Shown here piece by piece: positions 12,014 to 20,000 of a stretch of 20,000 nucleotides of DNA. The notes beneath the pieces were generated by a model. The model saw nothing but the letters and a program-made list of their open reading frames with translations, was not told the DNA's origin and searched no databases. The translations under genes and the position numbers were made by a program. The first letter of the stretch is position 1; each line of letters begins with the position of its first letter. This stretch comes from Halocafeteria seosinensis (lineage: Eukaryota), in the NCBI GenBank assembly GCA_001687465.1, contig LVLI01000166.1:57025-77024 (forward strand), in the 5' to 3' direction.

Positions 12014-15000
12014 CTACGTATTGATATCATCTGGAAGCGAGTCCTCATCCGACCCTGTTTCGTCGCCGCTCCCAAGCTTGTTAGCTTGTTGGACTCGAAT
12101 GCCGTCGAGTCGCTGCATACTGATGCCTACTCTCAATTGAAGATCGCAGTTTTCCCTCCGTAGCTTCGTGAGGGCGAGGCGAATCTGCTGTACTGGTTGC
12201 GTATCAGAGATGCCTTGTCCTTTGTTGTGTAGCTGCTCGTTAACTTCCTGCAGTTGTTCTTCTATGTGCGATGCTTCTGTCGATAACTGAGTGACAGTTT
12301 CTTGTAATTTTCCAATATAATCGCGGTGATGCCTCGCGTGTCGGAAAAGTTCGGATAATTCTTGGAGTAGTCCACTATCTTGGTTTCCATACATTCGGTT
12401 AATGAATTTCTCAGCATTCACTACCTTTCTTATAACATCTTCGTACTCTTGTGACAATGAAGATAGTGTTTTAAGTATATCAGGTAGTCTTAGTCCGACT
12501 GAGGGATTGTAGAGTCGATCCAGGGTTGTATTCGCATTGTCGGCGTGCTTTCTCCAATCTGAAGCTCTATACCTATCAGTAGCAATTTCTCCTCTCCGCT
12601 GCCGTAAACGTGGAGCTACGCGTTCAACCTCTTTCTCCCAATCCGCAGGGTTAACAACAGGCTCGAAAATATCGGAGCCTTGTTTCGATTCGGAGACCTC
12701 TGGAGGCTCCGCCTCCACTAGATCAGCGTACCACGCTTCTTCCGAATCAGAGGATGCATCCTGTTCTCCCATAATCTCTAAATCATCCCCATCTACCTCG
12801 TAAACGTCAGAACTGGGAAGATCTCCGCCTACTCTGGGAGGATGCCATGTCAAATTCTGCGATTTTATTGCAACCCGCGATAGCCACCACAAAACGAAGC
12901 AACAGTCCGGTCCGTAACCCTTCGATATTTTATGTGGTCGTAAATCAGGTAGTCGTTCAGTGAAGCTCTGACTAAGTTGATTCAGTTGCTGAAGAACTGC
13001 CCCAGCCACTGTATAGGGCGAATGTACCGCAAGGTCGTCACCCAAACCGAAATAATCCCCATTCAACTCGCCAAGGTGGTTCTCGTCATGACGAGAAACA
13101 GACACTGCATTTGGACGCGGACACGACGCCAAGGAGTATAGCCAAGCAGCAAGCTTTACAAAGATCCTTAATTGATGAGTGTTGGATTCGCCAGGCTGTG
13201 CCCCGTTATCCATGTCGAAATCACGGCACCGGGTAGCGAAAAAGAAGTGAGGCAAAGGTTCCATCTCCATGCGGTGGCAGAAATGCCTTTCGTAATCGAG
13301 ACTACTCAAATTAGAGAAAAGAGAATGCGACAGTGCCACTGAATCCAGTTGTTCACGTTTATGCCCGGTAGTTTCGCCATCACCTGGGACATCTCCACGT
13401 GCCCGGTTATCTGGCTTCTCGTCGGCTTTAGCTTCGGAGTTATCCTGAGCAAGAGACTTCCTTTTGGAGCCTCTAGATTTTCTTGAGACAGGCTCCTGCA
13501 CAACTTGGTTGGTTTTGCCCTGTTGAGCTGGGAGACCTGCGCTCTCAATGTCCTTGCTGATCAAAGATCGCTTTTCAGGCTTTGCAACTCTGTCCTCTCT
13601 CTCCTCATAGGGGCTTGCATTGTTTGGCGGAGCATGATTTTCAGTGGTGGTTGTTGGCTGAGTTCTTGCAGCACTGGTGATGGTGCCTGCGCCCATACTG
13701 CGCTTGGACATCGATCTCGTCGGAGACTGATTGGAGGACGCAGATTTACTCTCCGCCACCGACCCAGCCGTAGATGTCTCGGGAGCGCTAGTATCTGTCT
13801 CGGTTTCCCTGGTCGGGAGACTCGGGCCGTGTCCGTCACCAGGTAGCGCATTGTGTTCACCATCCAGTTTTCGAAGATCCTCATTGGACGCTGTCTGACC
13901 AACTTGGTAGTTCCCTCCATGCCCACTCTGACCTTCTTGCGACGTCTCCCTGGAGGTTTCTTGTACGGAAGGGTTGTTCTCTAATTTCTTTTCCATATCA
14001 TGGGCCTTCTGAGCTACGTATCGTGCATCTGGACGTTTTGAAGGATCCCCTTGAAGCATTTGGTCTACTAAATCGCGTAATTCACTTGAATAGACCGACG
14101 AAATCGGAGGATAGCTGCCATTTGTTATCTTTTGAAACAGACCATAAAGGTTTAATCCTTCTTCTTTGAAGGGACTGCGTAACATAGCAAGTTCGTATAA
14201 CAAACATCCTAAACTCCAAACATCCGAGCTCCACTCGTATCCCTTGCCCTGTAGTACCTCGGGGCTCATGTAAAGAGGAGTCCCAACTTTAGAAAACGCT
14301 TCTAAAGTATGCTCTGAAAGAAATCGCCCAAGTCCAAGGTCGCCCACCTTCACTTTCCCGTCTCGAGTCAAAAAGATGTTCGCTGGTTTCAGATCGCGAT
14401 GCATCACTCTTCTCTCATGCATGTGGGCTACAGCATCGGCTATTTGCGCAAAGTATCGCCATATTACCCTTTCGTCAAATCTTGCCTCCCGCTCGCGTGC
14501 TTTACGTAACTGTCGTTTCAAGTCACCCGCCTGCGGAGATACAGAAAGAGCAACAGCTCATAAGTATATACCCCTAACAACAGGTTGGGCATATGCAGCA
14601 TACTTCAGCATATTCAAAGGCTAGAATGAGCTCTTTATTAACGATGAAACTTTCTAGGTAAGCGATTATGTTTTGATGACCCAGGCTGTTAACAAGACTA
14701 ATTTCCCGAAAGCATTTCTCTCTGAGTCACAAGTCGTAATTAAGAATTTTTATTAGAGATGAGGTTGTCCTTGTGTGATAGAGAACGTACCTGCTCTTTT
14801 CATCCATCATGTCAAAAATTTGGATTTTCTTCAATGCTACTGGCAATCCATCACTCTTGCGTCTCGCCCTATATACCGTCGAAAACTTCCCTTTACCTGT
14901 TCGACTACAAAACAACTTGATAGTCTATTTCCCCAGGAACAGCTTCTCTGAAAACATACCTATGGCTTTCACCACTTCATAATGGTCAAGCTTTGTGTCC

Positions 15001-15440
15001 GAAACCTCTACGATAGGCTGCCCATCTCTCGTCCGTATCACAGTTTCTTCATTCTTCGGAGTATCCAAGGCACCCGCTGCTGCATTCGGTGTAGGTATAT
15101 CACCCGCGTCTTCTCCTTTGCTGATTGGCCTTTCTATGTATTCTAGATTCGGAGGTATCTGCTTTTCTACCGGAGTTGACTCTTTCTTCCCAGAAGGAGG
15201 TCGTGTCGTGCCAGAGCCAACCGGAGTTTCATTGCGCTGGGCGGTCTTTGTTGTTGCACCTGCACTCGACGACGTAGTTGCTGAAGCCGGTGGTGAAGCT
15301 GCATTTCCTGTTTTATCCGGATTCTGCCGCGTTCGAGCTTGCTCCGCCTCCCTCGAGTGGCCATTTTGCGGCTTGGATGCACCCTTTCTGGCACCACCGC
15401 CTCTTCCACGGGCGTTCCGGGAGCCAGACTGAGTCGACAT
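12014..15440 (-). CDS. NIMA-related kinase (NEK6/7-like) fused to a C-terminal IFT57/HIPPI-like domain
   Basis: ATG at 15440; introns 14897-14959, 14722-14790 and 14531-14603. Intact kinase motifs IGKGKFSTVY, VALKKIQIFDMMD, HRDLKPANIFL, DLGLGRF, VGTPLYMSPE, SDVWSLGC. C-terminal LSSLDYERHFC...FFFA, KISKGYGPDCCFVL, NPADWEKEVERVAPRLR, DWRKH, EKFIN, ISDTQPVQQIRLALTKLRRENCDLQLRVGI resemble IFT57. Confidence 0.9.
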
Positions 15441-15862
15441 TCCTCCTTGCAGATTGGTGTGTCCGTCCTTCAGTGCCGAAACGGGTACGAATACGGGGCT
15501 TTCTCGATAAATGTCATCAAACGTTTAGGCCATAGTTCACATTTGAAGCAGAGGGGCCATCCTACTGTGAGAGAATGAAAGCATTCCCATAGACCCGTCC
15601 TTCCCAAAATCATATAAAGTTAGAAAAGGACGGCATGTAAGACATTACGATGACACTATACACGACTGTGTGGATGCTATACACTGTTCCCTCTGGACGG
15701 AGGACAGAGGGTCCTACAGCCGGATCGGGGGTGCAGTCTATAGAAGGTAGACGAAAAGTTTGTCGCATTTGTGTCCAGGCCGGGCAGGCCCTCAAGGGGA
15801 GCTCGTAGAGGCGTGTGGAAGACGGGAAAAGTGACAGTCGAGCCAGAAGGAGGGCAATACCG

Positions 15863-16190
15863 GAAGGGTATCAACTCCTCGATCATCACCGCCAGCGGTG
15901 CACCGTGCATGGAATCAAGTTGAACCTCAAGAACATTTCCAACTGTTCTGGAACTTCAACAAAACACGAATGGATTGCAACACATTGTCTACAGCACACC
16001 GGATGAACGAAGGGCATCAATTCCTCGATCATCAGTGTCAGCGGTGCATCGGGGACACACGAATCAAGTTCGTTTCCGTCTGTCTCTTGTAGACAGTCTC
16101 TGTTCTGGAAGTTCAACAAAATACGAAAGGAGTTTACACTGCACTGTACATTCATTGTCTACAAGTTGACTACAAGACGCCGGATGAACG
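15863..16190. repeat. Degenerate two-copy tandem duplication (~146 bp and ~181 bp units)
   Basis: Copies start at 15863 (gaagggtatcaactcctcgatcatca) and 16009 (gaagggcatcaattcctcgatcatca). Both share cagcggtgca, gaatcaagtt, ctgttctggaa.ttcaacaaaa, cattgtctaca and end in ccggatgaacg. Confidence 0.85.
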
Positions 16191-16297
16191 TTCATTTTCG
16201 AGCTCTGGTACATCTAGCAAACATGCAAACAATACACATCACACACACACACTCAACTTGTGGCCAGTGCATTCGCAGGCAAGAAGGACTTCTTGGT

Positions 16298-16722
16298 CCA
16301 GTCGCGTTCCAGCAACGCGTACTTCGGAGGATCCTGCCAGCGACAAATCAGTTCTAACAGTACGTCCTCTTCGACAGGAACACGCTTGGTAAGAGGGTCC
16401 TCCCAGAGGATGGCATTAGGTTCGCGCTTGCCTTGCAGCCAGTCGCGTTCCAGCAACGCGTACTTTCACGTACTTCGGAGCCTTCCAGCGGAAATCAATG
16501 CTATCAGTAGGATGGCACCAGGAGGTTCTGGCAGGAACTCCCTCCTCCCAGCGCAAATCAATTCTATCAGTAGGAATTTGCAGCAGTGAATGGCACCACG
16601 AAGTTCTGGCAGGAACCCCCTCGTCGAGAGGCAGGAACGCGCTTGGTACGAGGGTCCTCCCAGCGGAAATCAATTCATCAGGATCGCGCTTGCGCGAAAG
16701 GTCCTCCTAGCGGACGGCATCA
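16298..16722. repeat. Mosaic array of shuffled short repeat modules
   Basis: Six degenerate copies of GGTCCTCCCAGCGGAAATCAATTC at ~16329, 16396, 16478, 16541, 16653 and 16700. Exact 27-mer ccagtcgcgttccagcaacgcgtactt at 16298 and 16439. Paired modules tggcacca.ga.gttctggcaggaac.ccctc and caggaac.cgcttggta.gagggtcctcccag. Confidence 0.85.
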
Positions 16723-18057
16723 AAAATGCGTAATCCCCTCCGTTCAGAGGGACTTCCTCACGCTCCTGCGGGAGGCTTTACTGGTGCATGCACGAGGAAG
16801 GAAATCGCGGCATCCGAAGCGTGTACGGGAGGACAGATCCTCCGTCATGGGCGCGGGGGAGACAAAGGGGACAGCTTGACCCTGTCTGCCATAAGCGTGG
16901 CAGGGGAGCGCCCTGGGCAGGGCCGGATGGCCCGGTTGAGAAGGTGGGACACGGTACGGTGCATCAACCACGCACTTGTACGTCATATATTGGGCTCTGT
17001 AGCATGTATTGCTGGACGATATGTGGAATATAAAACGGTATATAAGTGGAAACTATGTAGACACCCTTTTTACATATCAGGAGAATGCAGAAGACTTCGT
17101 TGCGTACAGGANTTCCTTAGCCGTTTATTGAAATGCGCACCATGCAACTCAAGCATTGGAAGAAGGCGGATACAGAAAGTGCAATTCAATAGGAGGGTAA
17201 TAGTGCTTGCCTTACCGGTGCGTCGAAACTTTGAGAGTTTCGTTCATTTCAGATCTCAGTCCGAGGGAAGTCTCCTGTAACGACCTCATGGCTCACTGTT
17301 TTCGGTCGGTTGTGTCATCTGAAGCAAACAGGGACATAAAACGCATGTCCTGGTCGCAGACAACATAGACATAAGCGAAGAGGAATGGAGCCCTATTATC
17401 CCTACCCAAAACAATAGTATTACCATTGGCAGTCACAGATATCATAATTCTGGGGTCCGACATTGAGCGATGTCATGAGAACTAAGAACCACACTGGAAA
17501 CTGAAATAAGCATGGGGAGCTGGACTAGAACTTCAGGCCACGATAAACTAGAGGGAGGTCTCCGCGCATATCTCGACGCGTCAAACACGACCCAAGCAAG
17601 TGGCAGGAAATGAGCAAGGCCCCCTCGTTCAACACCGCAAGAATCCCCCACTAAATCTGATGGAGAGTTCCGAGTACAGGAAACGATCGGACTCCCGACT
17701 GCATACCACGAAGGGTACTGAGAGAACTGAAGCTCAAGCAAGATGTTGCAGAAAGTAGCAGACCCTGAAAGGGATGCTCAACCCACAGGAGAAAGCGGTA
17801 CTTACAGCCCCCAAAAGAGTAGCCGCCTGACTATACCCATACCAAGGAAAGGGTCGACACTTACCGACGCAAAGACATGGTAGCACTGCGTCTAGGCCTC
17901 AGACTCCCTCAAACTAGCCTGTGTACAGAACCAGGCGGTGAATCCTTTGGAGAGGGACCCATTGACGACCGCCTGCAGCGTGCACTGGATGCGGCAAAAA
18001 AGGGAACGCCACACAAACGATCCACCCGTCGTGACAGGATAGTATAGAACTTGAGAG

Positions 18058-20000
18058 CTACTTCCGCGTGGGCATTTGACTGTGGAGATGCTTGTAGATG
18101 CGGAAAATGAAGTAGTGAGGCGGGTCATGCACCTGGAAGGAAAAGGCACAACGCGCACGTAGATTATCAGCGACAGCTGGGTAACCCCTCACCTTCGCGG
18201 TAGAGTCTGAGTAGAGGAAACGGACAAAATACGGAAAATCTGAGGGGTCATCACGCGTGATAGAGGCTACGAGTGTATATCACGTTGATGCGCCACAACG
18301 TGAGATGCTGGAGTGGTTTCGGGTAGGGTTGACCCCACACGCGGCCTAGCATAGCACCAATACTCATACACTGAAGCTATTCGAGATGTTAAAAAGAAGC
18401 CCACTTGATTTGACACAGTAAGACCATTGGGAAATCCCATAGGAGTGAAAAGTCCAGGATTGTTTGCAAGTGAGGAGCTACTGTAAGCTTCCCAAATGAC
18501 TGTAAAAGGTTCGTCAGTAAGTTGCATTTTAGAGGTGATTCTGCTGTTAATGTGACTAATTAAGCGTCTAAGAATGTCGCCGCTCTCAACGTGATTTGTC
18601 AAGGAGAGGCCATCGTCGTACGTGGGAGGTGGCTGACACGAAATGAAGCGTCGAAAGTAGAGTAGGGCAAAGTACACTCGAGAGCACTCCGCTGATGTAT
18701 GCTGCGGCTTCATGAAGTTCCTCCATCATACTTGCCAAAGCGAATTTTGTGTGCCACTATGGGAGGACATGGAACCTGAAATTCTTCGACTGAGGATTTT
18801 TGGGAACCATTTTTCGTTTTTCGAATGATAAATAGAGTTAATTCTGTCTGTACTTTTGACGGCTTCGAGTCGCGGGCGTCAGGACTAAACTTCCTCAAAA
18901 GGGATGGAAACCAGTATTCTGGCTAGCGACGAAACACGGAATTCATGTACAACCTGGGTCACTCTAATAAACGATGGAAACACCAATTTCTATGTGCCCG
19001 TGCAGAATGGAGTGGAATGAAATAGCGTCGATAGTCAGTACAGTATCAGAGACTACACCTTGTTATATGTTACGGGACCATACCTTCGAGCTGAAGGGTC
19101 CGAGCTAGTTACGACGGTACCAGTCCACGAGTTCCAGGACGAGTTTTCTCCTCTGGTACGCTATTTCTCGACTTGAGAAGTAAAATGGCTGGTTCCACAA
19201 CTTGGAGCGCAAAATCCCCATACAAATTAATGCTGTGTTGGAAACGCTATTTGTTGAAGGCCCTTGTGGCTGAGTAACTGTTTGGAGGATGATATGCAAA
19301 CCTCGCTCTGTGAAGTGACTTCGTAAGGGCCGTTGTGGAGGTAACAGCGGCCAATAGGATTCAACGTCGAAGCCTTCGAGCTGTGACTGCTTGAAAATGT
19401 GTAAATTCCATCCTTGTGAGGCACCTGCTTCCGAGGTATACTGCTCGGCGAGGACGAACGAATCGGTAACCTCGTTAATCTCTGACAGATCCCCGTCATC
19501 AGCTTTGCAAAACCAGCGGTAGTTTGTTTCATAGCATATGAACTGGAGACAAGCCTCCATTACGGATACATTGACATTTCCATCCAATGCTAGCAATCTG
19601 ATGCCGGGTTGAGACAAAACTCGTGGAAGCTCACGCCGATCTGGACCACGAGGAACTTGGAATTCAGGGTACTTGACTGGGAGAGCAAGCGTAGATGAAC
19701 TTACTGTCACGCTGAAGAAGATGTTGAAGCTTCAGCCACTCGTCCGTGTAGATTCGTGGCTCGTATCCCAATAGCAATCCTTGCATATCTTCGGTTTGGC
19801 CAAGCGTTTCAAAAAGTGCATCGCGCGATTTACCTGCGTATTTCTTGTACGTATTATAAATGCGCTGAACCTTTCTACTCACTGAATCACTCATTCTTGA
19901 AGTGCTTTTGTTTCGAACAGATTGTCGCAGCACTTGCAACTGGGGAGTAGGTCCATGAGGAACATCGTGGATCGCTGTTTCGGACTCACTTGATCCCAAG
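18058..20000 (-). CDS. Multi-exon gene of unknown function, 5' end outside the window (possibly partly degenerate)
   Basis: Successive minus-strand ORFs join in frame through introns of typical size: 19641-19704 (GTAAGT...CCAG), 18702-18775, 18267-18340 and 18133-18192 (GTGAG...TTCCAG), ending at TAG 18058-18060. Structure between ~18890 and 19300 is unresolved, and further exons down to ~17440 are possible. Confidence 0.5.

Noticed and set aside
2030..15440. Functional cluster of microtubule-related genes (TPPP-like, CENP-C, Miro, NEK-IFT57)
   Set aside because: The functions are only loosely related and unrelated genes are interspersed; chance adjacency in a compact genome is sufficient without synteny data.
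6248..15578. Many antisense or alternative-frame ORFs (e.g. 6716-7576, 10260-10721, 14995-15432)
   Set aside because: They shadow well-supported genes and show no independent protein signatures.
16298..16722. CRISPR array
   Set aside because: Repeats are degenerate and irregularly spaced, the intervening sequences themselves repeat, the context is eukaryotic and no cas genes are present.
16726..17280. 184 aa ORF on the plus strand
   Set aside because: No recognisable motif, composition shifts abruptly from GC-rich to AT-rich, and it spans an ambiguous base at 17112.
17300..20000. Reverse transcriptase/retrotransposon or frameshifted pseudogene
   Set aside because: No RT (YxDD), integrase or tyrosine recombinase motifs were found, and most apparent frameshifts resolve as normal introns.

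Overview
Compact, intron-containing eukaryotic DNA, probably from a flagellated protist: GT-AG introns are mostly 60-80 nt, genes are tightly packed, and an IFT57 domain is present. After manual splicing, 1-15.4 kb holds seven genes: a TFIIIC subunit 6-like gene (3' end outside the window), a p25alpha/TPPP-like protein, a hypothetical protein, a secreted GH56 hyaluronidase, CENP-C/Mif2, a Miro GTPase with large insertions, and a NEK6/7-type kinase fused in one continuous exon to an IFT57-like domain. The remaining ~4.5 kb holds a degenerate tandem duplication, a mosaic short-motif repeat array, and a 5'-truncated multi-exon gene of unknown function with faint cysteine-protease-like motifs. The most interesting items are the NEK-IFT57 fusion, the coiled-coil insertion in Miro, the protist GH56, and candidate 10-11 nt microexons in CENP-C. 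All family calls rest on motif recognition by eye; no database searches were run.
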